This document shows, piece by piece, positions 39,174 to 50,889 of a stretch of 64,000 nucleotides of DNA. The stretch comes from Octopus vulgaris (taxonomy: Eukaryota). Below the pieces are notes generated by a model. It had not been told where the DNA came from and did no database searches. It saw nothing but the letters and a program-made list of their open reading frames with translations. Position numbers and translations under genes: made by a program. Position 1 is the stretch's first letter. Each line of letters starts with the position of its first letter. The stretch covers positions 33,170,001-33,234,000 of the forward strand of contig OX597836.1 in NCBI GenBank assembly GCA_951406725.2, in the 5' to 3' direction.

Positions 39174-39850
39174 AGAGCTAAGAGAATACCAGTGCCACTG
39201 TAGCAACAAAAATAAATAAAATTATATTAAACACCATGCTAGATAAATTTTTAATTTACTGAAATTATTTCCATTTCCAAATAGTAAAACAACAAGGGCT
39301 CATTGGCAACTGGCACCAACTTTGTAAGAGTGAAGAGATAATCACAAAAATTCAAGAATTCTCTAAAAGAGGAATGCCACTAAGTAAAAGAGCGGGTAAC
39401 AGTGGACACATCTTTTGGCCTTGATAGACATCATCAGCACAGTTCTCACACTAACTTGTCTTCAGGAGACAAGACACCAACACACTAAAAGCAGTAGAGC
39501 ACATTTATGGCCAAGGTAACTTGCATAATTTCAAAAGAAACAAAATCACAGAATTCTGAAGATGCCTGAAAAATAACCCCTTTCTACACCCTAAAGAAAA
39601 GCTAACTAATTATACTCAGTGACTACAAGAAATAAATCAAGTGATGACATCAGCATAAAACTGGCCAGTCAAGGTCAATGACAGTGATCAGTCAACCCTT
39701 TGATAACTTCAAGCAATAAGGCAGAGAAGAACAGTAGACAAAGAAGCAGACAAATGAGTAGAGAATGGAGATGCAATTCAGCATTCATACCAGTTGTTAT
39801 ATTCAATATCAGCTGTTGATTGACACTCAGTTAAATTTTGTCAGCTTTGA

Positions 39851-40153
39851 GATCATCATCATCATCATTGTTCGACCGTGGTCGAGTCAATGGAATTTAC
39901 TATGTTACGCCAGACTTCACGGTCCATCATAACATTACGGAGGTCCTGTTGCTGGATGCCTGTATCCCTGGAGATTACATCAGGGTAGGAGAGTGTGCGC
40001 CCTCTGGTATTGCGAGTAGATGGCTTCCAGAGGAGAAGAGTAGAAATTACTTCTTTTTCAGCTCTACAACAATGTCCAGCAAACTGGACTCTCCTACCTT
40101 TCACAAGAGATGACACAGGTGGTAATTTCCCATATATTTGCATTTTGGTTGGA
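39851..40153 (-). mobile_element. RTE-clade LINE 3' end
   Basis: ORF end QIYGKLPPVS..RRVQFAGHCCR..LLLWKP..RGR..Y.D.I..D..MMDREVWR followed by a (TGA)n tail. Confidence 0.88.
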
Positions 40154-40297
40154 ACTGCAACACAAATGAGCTGAAATGGCCATTAACTTAACTACATTAC
40201 TATACACTATGGTAGATGACACATGCATTCCGCTCACTCACACTCTCTCCCCCGTTCACATAGCTATAAACCAGTCCATGACAACTTACTAACGTTA

Positions 40298-40457
40298 AGA
40301 CCCCTTTCGGTCAAGAATGACCATAGGATTGTACCTAAAAGGCCCCACCTCTGAGGTACAAATGAGGGCAAGGTTATTTATGGAAGACCAGCAGTCACCC
40401 ATGCTTACCAGCCTTCCCTCTCCATGCAACTGATGTTATCCAAGGGAAAGGCAAAGT
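40298..40457 (-). mobile_element. SINE family D 3' fragment
   Basis: Homologous to 6783-6940. Confidence 0.75.
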
Positions 40458-40715
40458 TGATGGGTTCCACTACCTCAAATGTTCTTAAAATTTAAATCCA
40501 CATCTTTGTCTATATATCTACCTTCTCTATAATGTTGCCACTTGATATGAAAATTTTTGTATGAATGGAAAACCTCTATAATTGGCTGATGAGTGCTCAG
40601 CATTTTAAAACTGTTGTAATACTTACAACATTTAATAAAATGATGTAGTACGAAACGATCATACCAAATTACCGGAGTCATTCTTGTTGCTTATTTTGAG
40701 CATATATATATATGT

Positions 40716-40876
40716 AAGAGGCTTCTTTCAGTTTCCGTCTACCAAATCCACTTACAAGGCTTTGGTCAGTCTGAGGCTATAGTAGAAGACATTTGCCCAA
40801 GGTGCCATGCAGTAGGACTGAACCCATAACCAAATTGGTTGGGAAGCAAGCTTCTTACCACACAGCCACTCCTGTG
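40716..40876 (-). mobile_element. SINE family A 5' half
   Basis: Family match. Confidence 0.85.
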
Positions 40877-42089
40877 GTGGATGGAATACTACAAATTCTC
40901 TTATTCATTTACTCCCCCTCTCACTCTTGTCTTATTGTACTTTTTTTTTTAAATCTGAGACAATTCATCTGTTTTTGTTACACACACACATACAGATGCA
41001 CACTCACACTTTGCTACCAAGTTTCCATGCAACAGTCACCCCTGAGTAATTTTTGCCTCAGTAAATTCAGAAAGAGAGAAAAAAAAATACAATCATGAAA
41101 CCAATCATGAAATATATGTATGAGAAGGGAAGGAAGAGAGAAAGGGTGAGAGAGAGAGAGAGAGAGAAGGGGAAGATAAAATGAGAGAGCGAGAGAGAGA
41201 GGGAGACAAAGAGAGATTATTACTACAACAAGAATAAATCACCTGCTGGCAGTGTCTTCTACTTCTGCCTCTCACTGCAACCCTCTCTCTCTCTCTCACT
41301 CTTTCTCTACTTCCTCTTATTTGACAATAAGGGAAGGGTGACAGAGGTCAGTGGAAGATTAATGGCACAAAAGGTTAGAAGCTGTTCCCCTTCAGCTCAT
41401 AGGAACAAAGAAAGGGTGGCGATGGGGGTGGGGCTATATTTATTTATCTTTCATCTCTCTCTCTCTCTCTCTTTCTATCTATCTTTCACAATGATCCAGT
41501 TTCTACTCTGCTCCACCCTCCACTCCCATCTTCAACCCACAAGCAAAGCTAAACCAAACCAAACCAAACCAAGCCAAGTCAAGCCAGAATATTTATCTAC
41601 AACACCACCGAACCACCACCACCGCCACCACCACCACATCATCATCATCATCTACAAACACCATACATGCTCTTTCAAAGCAACAAGCATCCAGCCCTTT
41701 CTATCTCCCTCTTATCTCATGGATTTCTCCATGATGCAGCCTCTGCTCTGCCACTGCTACCAACATCCATCATTATCTCAAAGCAATAAGCATCCTTCTC
41801 TCTCTCTCTCTCTCTCCTCCAAGCCCTCATCACCACCTTCTGCATTTTCATCAGAAACACCAGCCTCACTCATCTCCATCAAAACAGTTCATCATCACCA
41901 TCCCCTTCGGCCTGGTACCCCATCGCCCTCATCATAACCACCACTGACAACATAATCATTAACTCAGGCCCTACCATCTCTTACTCTTGGCAAATTTTTT
42001 TTTTTTTTAAACCCCTTCTTTGCAGGTAATTTATTTTATTCAACACTTCATAATCTCCTTCCTCTTGCAGGAGTTAATAATAATGATAA

Positions 42090-42305
42090 CCCTTTCTGCT
42101 ATAGGCACAAGGCCTGAAATTTGAAGAGAGGGGACTAAGCGACTACACTGACCCCAGTGCTCAACTAGTGTTTATTTTATCAATCCGGAAAGGATGAAAG
42201 GCAAAGTCGACCTCAGTGGAATTTGAACTCAGACCCATAAGGACGGATAAAATGCCCCTAAGCATTTTGCCTGATGTGCTAATGATTCTGACAGTTCACC
42301 GCCTT
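42090..42305 (-). mobile_element. SINE family B (tail type 2)
   Basis: Family match with (TAA)n at the left. Confidence 0.85.
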
Positions 42306-42307
42306 AA

Positions 42308-42522
42308 CCATTTCCATACCAACCCCACTGAAACCAGCTCTGAAATACAGAAGTGTTGTGTTCAAAAGTTTTGAATTAAAATCTTCCACCAAACCTTAGT
42401 CACAATTTATATTCCTAACACTAGCTTAATGATAACTAAGTTATTTTATTAGATTCTTTGTTATATTTAAAGTAATTGAAAGAAACACAGAGCATCTCAA
42501 CAGAAATATGGTAATAAAAGGG
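42308..42522. mobile_element. piggyBac-like MITE (family P2)
   Basis: TTAA flanks; homologous to 47497-47717. Confidence 0.8.
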
Positions 42523-43337
42523 TTAAAGATGAAGTAATATCAATGTTGTGTAGGTTTAAGAGGACATCAGTTCATCATGAAATTTCTTTACAGTCACTTG
42601 ACTGCTAAAAATGAGGATCTGTATATATATAAAATATAATTATACACATGAAACCCATGAACACAGAAATATACGCTCATAGATATGCATATCGAGAGAC
42701 ATTCATACATACACATATAATACACGCATACATATACCAATGCATACATATGCACACACATGGCCATACACACACACACACATATATATACAACTTGGTT
42801 TCATACTGAAATTTACAACCAAGAAAGAACATTGACTTATACTTCAAGATGACTTTGGGAAACCTAAGATTCCACGGTGAAATGCATCAGGATTTTGAAA
42901 GATAGTGAAAATGTTTGAATGTTTACACCTGAATACTAGAACATGACTTGTAAGCTGGAAAACATGACACAAATTAATAAGTGATCCCAATAATTAGAAG
43001 ATGATAACAAACTAATAAATATCAAAACAAGAATATTGCCCCTTATGTACATATTTATACACATGCATGCACACAGACATGCAGAATCGAATATAGAGAC
43101 AGTGAGTGCTGTAGCATGACCGAAAAGTTATTGCTAGATATTTATCACACTACTAGAAGAAATTCAATAAAACAAGAGTAAAACATCAATAAGACTTAGT
43201 TACCAATTCCTACTGCCACTACGATTTTCCTACACGCATACAGAGAACACAGAAATATTGCAAGAACACTCAGCACCCCCCCCCAAAAAAAAACAATGGT
43301 TTCTATATTAACCCTTTCACTACAGAAAGCTAATATA

Positions 43338-43568
43338 TATTTCTTTACTACCCACAAGGGGCTAAACACAGAGGGGACAAACAAGGACAGGCAAACAGAT
43401 TCAGTCGATTATATCGACCCCAGTGCGTAACTGGTACTTAATTTATCGACCCCAAAAGGATGAGCGGCAAAGCGACCTCGGCGGAATTTGAACTCAGAAC
43501 GTAACGACAGATGAAATATGGCAACGCATTTCGCCCAGCATGCTAACACTTCTGCCAGCTTGCCGCCT
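43338..43568 (-). mobile_element. SINE family B (tail type 1) with long TSD
   Basis: cctttcactacagaaagctaatat duplicated at 43313-43336 and 43566-43589. Confidence 0.9.
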
Positions 43569-43839
43569 TTCACTACAGAAAGCTAATATGTCCACTTAAA
43601 ATTTCATTGCCCTTAACTACAGAAAGCAATTTCATATACCAATCTATCTTTTCTTAAGGAACATCATGTTTAAAACTATTTTTTGTTGAGATATGATAAG
43701 TTTATTGAGGCAACATGGCTTGCAGAAAATTCCGATTCTATTTCTTAGGTAGATATTTAGCATCATTATTGGAATAATGATGTTAAATTTGATTTGGCAG
43801 CATAAAAAGTAAGGGACCTCGCTGAACCTATGATCAACC

Positions 43840-44070
43840 TATTTCTTTATTACCCACAAGGGGCTAAACATAGAGGGGACAAACAAGGACAGACATAGGT
43901 ATTAAGTCGATTACATTGACCCTAGTGTGTAACTGGTACTTAATTTATCGACCCCGAAAGGATGAAAGGCAAAGTCGACCTCAGCGGAATTTGAACTCAC
44001 AACGTTACGACAGACGACATACCACTAAGCATTTCGCCCGGCGCGCTAACGCTTTTGCCAGCTCGCCGCC
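43840..44070 (-). mobile_element. SINE family B (tail type 1)
   Basis: Family match. Confidence 0.9.
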
Positions 44071-44944
44071 AACCATGACTGTCATACTTTCTTCTTGGCA
44101 CACTGAATTCAGGACCACATTATCCAATGTCCCCTATTTTTATTTTTACTGCAGAAACGAGACATATCCAATCGAAATTTAATTGCCCTTAACTGCAGAA
44201 AGCAATTTTAAAGACCAAGCTATCTCTTCTTAAGGAATGTCATGTTTAAAACTATTTTCTGTTGAGACATATCAAGTTTACTGAGATATTTAACATAAAT
44301 ACTGCAGTAACCATGTAATTTAATTTTGCAGTTAAAGGGTCAAGGAACCTTGTCAAACCTGTAATCAAAGACATTCCAACCACGACTGTCCTACTTTTTT
44401 CCAGACACACTGAATTCAGGACCACATTATCCAATGTCCCCTACTTTTAATATAACCCTTTTACTGCAGAAATCGGAATTTTCCACTCAAAATTTCATTA
44501 CCCCCTATTTACCAAACTGTGTTTTCTTAAGGAATGCTGTGTTTGAAACTATTTTCTGTTGAGACATATCAAGTTTACTGAGGCATAGAGACTTGCAGAA
44601 AATGCCAATTCTATGTTTTTTGGAGATATTTAATACCATTCCTGAAACAATGAAATTCAATTTTGCAGTTAAATGGTTAAGTTGTCCAACCCTCAATTCT
44701 GGATTGGTACTTATTGATCCTCAAAGACAATATCAAATTGTTTTAATCCCCTTTTACGATGGAAACCAGATATATCCACTCCAAATATCTTCAACTGCAG
44801 AAAGCAATTTTGAGTACCATTCTATTGTTTGTTGAAGAATGTCATATTTGAAATAATTTTCTGTTATGTCAAGACATGCCAGGTTTACTGAAGCAATGTG
44901 TCTTGCAGAAAATACCAATTCTATTTTTTTTTGATAGATACTAT

Positions 44945-45372
44945 TTTTACTATTTTACTTGTTTCAGTCATTTGACTGTGGCCATGCTGGAACACCACCT
45001 TTAGTCGAGCAAATCGACACCAGGACTTATTCATTGTAAACCGAGTACTTATTCTATCAGTCGCTTTTGCTGAGCCGCTAAGTTACGGTGACGTAAACAC
45101 ACCAGCATCGGTTGTCAAGCGATGTTGGGGGGGGGGACAAACACAGACACATATATACACAAACACAGACACATATATATACACACACACACACACACAT
45201 ATATATACGACGGGCTTCTTTCAGTTTCCATCTACCAAATCCACTCACAAGGCTTTGGTCGACCCGAGGCTATAGTAGGAGACACTTGCCCAAGGTGCCA
45301 CGCAGTGGGACTGAACCTGGAACCGCGAGGTTCGTAAACAAGCTACGTACCACACAGCCACTCCTACGCCTA
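44945..45372 (-). mobile_element. SINE family A, full length
   Basis: Family match. Confidence 0.9.
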
Positions 45373-45901
45373 TGATATTAAACATCATTCCTTGAATAAC
45401 CATAAAATTTAATTTCACAATTAAAAGGTTAAACAGAACCACATAAATCATTTAGCTGAGCTCCCTTCCTCTAGCTTTCTCTCTCTCTCTCCCAGTTAAA
45501 GCAATTTCACATCTTTTAAATACACACATACACAATGTAGAACATATTGCAGCAATACTCCAGCATGGGCAAAAAATACAACCATTTATTAATTCTGTTT
45601 TTTTTTTTTAAATTAAACATACAAACTAACTATAAAACATTAGGGAGTCAAATCTCTGTCCGCCATCCCTTTTTCCTTTACTACTTCTGTGATACAAATA
45701 CACTAATTAACAAATAATGCAATATGTAATTATACACTAATTAACAAATAATGCAATATCTAATTATACACACACATACACAATGTATATATAATAAATA
45801 ACTAGATAATATATGTAACATGTACATTATATATCTATATATATATATATAGTATATAACATATAAACATTATATATATAACATACACATCATATATATA
45901 T

Positions 45902-46158
45902 ATTTCTTTACTACCCACAAGGGGCTAAACATAGAGGAGACAAACAAGGACAGACAAACGGATTAAGTCGATTACATCGACCCAGTGCGTAACTGGTACT
46001 TTATTTATCGACCCAGTGTGAAACTGGTACTTTATCGAGCCCGAGAGGATGAAAGGCAAAGTTGACCTCGGCGGAATTTGAACTCAGAACGTAACAACAG
46101 ACGAAATACCGCTAAGCACTTCACCCGGCACGCAAACGTTTCTGCCAGCTCGCCGCCT
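45902..46158 (-). mobile_element. SINE family B (tail type 1), about 60 nt downstream of eya exon B
   Basis: Family match with a small internal duplication. Confidence 0.9.
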
Positions 46159-46220
46159 ACACATCATATATATATAATGTATATAATATACATAACATGT
46201 GTGTGTGTATTGATACTTAC

Positions 46221-46377
46221 TCTGAGGTTGTGGTAACTCCACCAGTTGGTAAGTGGGTGTGTTTGAAGGCACTGTTGTTGGTGTCGTCACTCCCACTACG
46301 GACTGGTTGCTTATGAACCCATAGCCACCGTAATAGCTAGGCTGGTACCCTTGGTATGTAGAATAAGCATCTAAATT
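46221..46377 (-). CDS. eya: eyes absent coding exon B (157 nt, phase 0 to 1): NLDAYSTYQGYQPSYYGGYGFISNQSVVGVTTPTTVPSNTPTYQLVELPQPQ(S)
   Basis: Acceptor ttgtctttttcttctAG, donor caga|GTaagt, open frame. Tyr-rich segment plus TYQL motif typical of the EYA N-terminal region (cf. EYA1 ..TNATYQLQEPP). Confidence 0.9.
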
Positions 46378-46525
46378 CTAGAAGAAAAAGACAATAATAA
46401 TAATAATAAATAATGAAACAAGAAAAAAGTAAAATGGAATTGACAGAGCTAGAATTCTGAGCATTCAGAAAGTGAAGAAAATTTTGAAGAGTTCAAACTA
46501 ATAATAATAATAATAAATAATAATA

Positions 46526-46840
46526 ATGATAGCGAAAGGGGCTGATTGCTACCTAACTCAGATACCAGGAAACCCCAAAATGGCAGAAATTCAAAAGATA
46601 GTGCTCATGGGAACTGCTCATATCCTATGCAAAATACTCTCAATGTAATCTCAAGGTTTAAAACAAACTTTTTTTTCTTTTTAAATTTATTTATTAGACA
46701 TTCACTAGTACACCCCCCCCCCAATATATGGCACACTAGGCATAACAACAATGTTAACTTCCAACCTGTTGTCTCTTGAGGTCTCTGGGTGAGACTTGGA
46801 GCCAACTTGTACAAGCATAAAGCAAAAGTCAAACATAGAA
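46526..46840 (+). mobile_element. R4/Dong-like (restriction-like endonuclease) non-LTR retrotransposon 3' end in a (TAA)n tract
   Basis: MIAKGADCYLTQIPGNPKMAEIQKIVLMGTAHILCKILSM* (46526-46648); (TAA)n on both sides. Confidence 0.75.
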
Positions 46841-46851
46841 TAATAATAATA

Positions 46852-47053
46852 ATTTCAAATTTTGGCACAGTTTGTGGGGATGGGTAAGTCAATTACATTG
46901 ACCTTAGTGCTCGATTGGTACTTATTTTATCAACCCCAAAAGGATGAAAGGCAAAATGAACCTCGAAGGAATTTGAACTCAGAATGCAAAGACAGAAGAA
47001 CTGACACAAAGCATTTTGCCAGGCATGCTAACCATTCTGCCAGCTTGCCACCT
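46852..47053 (-). mobile_element. SINE family B
   Basis: Family match. Confidence 0.8.
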
Positions 47054-47496
47054 TTATGATTATAACAACAACAACAATAATAATAATAACAACAACAAAA
47101 TTCTTGGCTATTAAAGTTGTAGAAGTAGCCACATGTACTTCCATCAATGTCTTAATTAATAGCGACCTCTGCAACTTTAATGAGACCAAAGAGGGTCAAG
47201 TTGGCAGAGTGGTACTTTGTAGTTGACCACTGGCTCTACAGATGATGCCTGGAGCCAACCAAGCCACTTCAACTACCAAAGTTGTTGTCTACCAAACTAG
47301 CTGTAAAGCCTTAAGTGCTATACCGCTCCTCTTTAGCAATGAGTTTCTTTGACAGGCAAGCAAGCATAGATGTGTTTATACTATCATCCTCATCATTTAA
47401 ATTCCATGTTCCATACTGGCGTTGGCTGGATGGTCTGGCAGGACTCATTAGGTTGAAGGACTGCATCGTGTTATCAAACCACAACTCGCAGTTTAA

Positions 47497-47717
47497 CCCT
47501 TTCGTTACCAAACCAGCTGAAACCGGCTCTGGCTCTGTAGTACAAATGTCTTGTTTCCATAAGTTTTGAATTAAAGTCTTCCACCAAACCTTAGTCACAA
47601 TTTATGTTCCTAACACTAGCTTAATGATAACTAAGTTATTTTACTAAATTCTTTGTTATATTTAAAGTAACTGAAAGAAATACAGAGCATCTCAAAATAA
47701 ATATAGTAACGAAAGGG
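47497..47717. mobile_element. piggyBac-like MITE (P2)
   Basis: Perfect 12-bp TIR ccctttcgttac; flanks TTAA / TTAG. Confidence 0.88.
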
Positions 47718-47835
47718 TTAGCCTAGTGATTTCCTAAGTGGGCAGTACTGCCCTTTGCCTCCCCTTGGGGGCAGTGGAAAGATCCAGATTCTGCCAGCTC
47801 GCCACTTTAATAATAATAATAATAATAATAATAAT

Positions 47836-48082
47836 GAAGTGCAAAAGATTGTCTTAACTGGTACATTACACGTATTGAGAAGAGCATTGTCGATGTGAGA
47901 ACTATCACTACCCATGTATTTTAATTTAACTTTATTTCTATCAAAAAAAAATAAATAATAAATGAACTAGTGAGTTTAGTTTAATGGCCTACCAATGTAT
48001 ACTATGAGTTTCTTTGCCCTAGGAGTCGGGAAGACACTCGGCAAGAAATGGAAACAAATTTGAAAGAAGAAAAACCCATAAA
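47836..48082 (+). mobile_element. Second, divergent R4/Dong-like 3' end in (TAA)n
   Basis: EVQKIVLTGTLHVLRRALSM* (47836-47898), flanked by (TAA)n. Confidence 0.65.
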
Positions 48083-48145
48083 CAATAATAATAATGATAA
48101 TAAACAACAATTTATATGAGTTATTCTTTTCCCGTTTATACTGAC

Positions 48146-48201
48146 CTGTTGTGAAGTATAGCTGAGTGCTGATGTTGGATTGGTGATACTGGATCCAGAG
48201 C
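48146..48201 (-). CDS. eya: eyes absent coding exon A (56 nt, phase 1 to 0): (G)SGSSITNPTSALSYTSQQ
   Basis: Minus-strand acceptor gctttgtcttttaattctAG and donor cag|GTcagt. Ends in QQ in frame with the next exon, like the ..SSQQ|DY.. segment of vertebrate EYA N-termini (recalled). Confidence 0.85.
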
Positions 48202-48741
48202 CTAGAATTAAAAGACAAAGCAGATGAAATATTATAGAAATTTTCCAACACAGAAGAAAAATGAGGTGTCTTGGAGAATGCAAGGTAACTTGCCAGTGAA
48301 GAAGAGGTGAGGAAGACAAAATAACGAAAATAACAATAATAAAAATAATCACAACAACAATGTATTAATAATAATCCTTTCTACACTAGGCACAAGGCCT
48401 GAAATTCTAAGGGAGTGGGGCTGTTGATTACACTGATCCCAGTCCTCTGCTGGTACTTAAACAAGTGACCCCAAAAGATGGAAAGCAAAGCCAATCATTT
48501 TTTGCCTGGCATTCTTTTATTCTTTTACTTGTTTCAGTCATCTGACTGTGGCCAGTCTGGAGCACCACCTTTAGTCGAATAAATCAACCCCCAGGACTTA
48601 TTCTTTGTAAGCCTAGTACTTATTCTATCATTCTCTTTTTGCTGAACTGCTAAGTGATGGAGGGACGTAAACACACCAACATCGGTTGTAAAGCGATGGC
48701 ATGTTAATAATTCTACCACCTTGCCACCATAATAATAATAA

Positions 48742-49097
48742 TACTTAATTCTTTTATTGGCCACAAGGGCTGACAAAAATTAATTATAACATAAAGGGAC
48801 AAAACAGGATGAAAGGTTACAAAGGGTTTTGTCCGTTTGTAAAAAAAAACGTGTAAAAACAGTGTAACAACGAAAAATTATAACAACGGAAAACTCCCAA
48901 TAGGGGGAGGCGTTACGAAAGGTTCCTGGTGGAAAAACCCATAAAAGCCATGGAAGCCTGGTCAAAAGGGGAGTAGAGAGCTCCTTTCTCCTTTTGCAAT
49001 ACCTTTTTAAATTACAGGTGTATCCTCAGAATGGCTCTTTTCATACTGGCCATTCTTGCGACATTTATCCACCTTTCACTAAACTTGCAATACCCCG
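48742..49097 (-). mobile_element. L1/Tx1-like LINE 3' end (ORF end plus 3' UTR)
   Basis: KFSERWINVARMASMKRAILRIHL* then a UTR ending agcccttgtggccaataaaagaa; clade assigned from the F..RW terminal motif only. Confidence 0.5.
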
Positions 49098-49257
49098 TTC
49101 TATCAAAAGCCACAAGGCCTAAAATTTGGCGGAGGGGGTCAGGTGATTACATCGAGCTCAGTACGTAACTGGTACTATCACTGGGTCAGGGCTACAGTGG
49201 AAGATACTTTGCCTAATATGGGACTGACCAAATGAATCGAAAACAAAACTTTTTGCC

Positions 49258-49655
49258 ACACAGCCTACGCCAGAAGAATAAATAACATTATTCCCAAGTT
49301 GACTAATGGAAATTTATCTGGGGTTTAATATTAGTCTTAACAAAACTAGGGACCTAGTTATGGGATAGAGGGAGTAATGAACGGTTTCTTGCTACACAGC
49401 TACGCCAGAAGAATAAATAACTTTATTCCCAAGTTGACTAATGGAAATTTATCTGGGGCTTAATATTAGTCTTAACAAAACTAGGGACCTAGTTATGGGA
49501 TAGAGGGAGTAATGAACGGTTTCTTGCTACACAGCTACGCCAGAAGAATAGATAACATTATTTCTAAGTTGACTAATGGAAATTTATCTGGGGTTTAATA
49601 TTAGTCTCAACAAAACTAGGGACCTAGTTATGGGATAGAGGGAGTAATGAACGGT
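49258..49655. repeat. Tandem repeat, 135-bp unit x3
   Basis: acgccagaagaata at 49267, 49402 and 49537. Confidence 0.95.
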
Positions 49656-50631
49656 AGAAGTAGATTGGCCAATGTTCCAGGGCCCACAGCATCTTTTAGG
49701 TTGTGCGGACTGCCTTCTTATAGAGACGCAAACAGGGACATAAGAGGAGATACGGTTGTTATTGGACACAGGGGATTCATTCTTCCAACCTCTCTGTTAA
49801 TACGTGTATGTGATTGTGTGTGTGTGTGTGTGTGTTTGCATTCGCTGCTGCCAATCCTGTTCCCTATTTCCCTTATGCAGCAGCTCTCCCTAATACTGCT
49901 AAACACCCAGATTGTCTTCTTTCTCTTGATTTGTTGCAGTGTTGTGGAGCTCACTCACAGATTATTGGACAAAGTCTGAGGAAGGAAAGGAAAGACAGAA
50001 GAAAGAACAGAGACAGATAGAAATAAGATGGGAGTAAAGAGAGAGAGAGAAAAAGAGAGCTGGACTAAGTCAGAGGAAGGAAAGGAAAGACAGAGGGAAG
50101 AACGAGAATGAGAGAGAGACATAGATAGAAAGAAGATGGGAGTAAGGAGAGAGAGAAAAAGAGAGCACTGATAGTTTTCTGAGGCACAAAGGAACAAGCT
50201 CTCTTTCTTTTCTCCAAACCCAGCCAGTCATGCCAGAAAGAGAAAGAAAGAGAGAAAGAGGGAACCGGGGGGGGGAGAAAAAGAAAGGACTGTGATTTAT
50301 GGATGTCTAGAGAAGATATTTCACACACACAGACAGACAGACAGAGACAGGACTTTAAAACATCCCAATAAACAGTAAAGGAGGAGAAAAAAGAAGGGGC
50401 TGGCTGGCTGCCTTCTTTTGTGTTGTCTTACTTAAATGGTGGCAAAAGGGGCCGGGGTGGGGTGGTGGGTGGGGGGAGGGAGAAAAGGGGGAAAAGAAAG
50501 CAGCAGAAAGAATGAAGGTAAAAAAAATAAAGACTTTATAAATCAGTTGGATATTGGTGGTGGTGGTCGTGGGGGAGGGTAAGAATGGGACATCTTCATG
50601 AATACACAGAGGAGAGGGAGGAGGAGATGAG

Positions 50632-50679
<48 letters not shown>

Positions 50680-50821
50680 TGCAGTGGAGAAGAAGAAGAA
50701 TAATGATGTATGAAGACAATACAAGCCATGGGAGAGACAGACAGACAGACAGACATTTGTGTATGTGCATGTATGTGTCTATATCTACACTCGCATATCT
50801 ATCTATATATATATGTGTGTG

Positions 50822-50889
<68 letters not shown>

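Larger units (their letters stand above)
43215..45432. repeat. Old tandem array (about 4 units of ~310 bp) built on a TTAA-CCCTTT..AAAGGG-TTAA MITE (P3), interrupted by SINEs
   Basis: Recurring cttaaggaatgtcatgtttaaaactattttctgttgagacat and cactgaattcaggaccacattatccaatgtcccct. Confidence 0.75.

Noticed and set aside
39851-39880. RTE LINE as partner of SINE family C
   Set aside because: Only the (GAT)n tail is shared; no alignable sequence upstream of it by eye.
41338-41937. Longest ORF in the track (199 aa)
   Set aside because: GTG start, built from (CT)n, (CAC)n and (CAT)n repeats, with no recognisable domain.
49959-49975. 17-nt microexon candidate on the minus strand (cctcAG|actttgtccaataatct|GTgagt)
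   Set aside because: Not a multiple of 3, no Eya similarity, and the acceptor lies in a locally duplicated GA-rich tract; needs RNA evidence.
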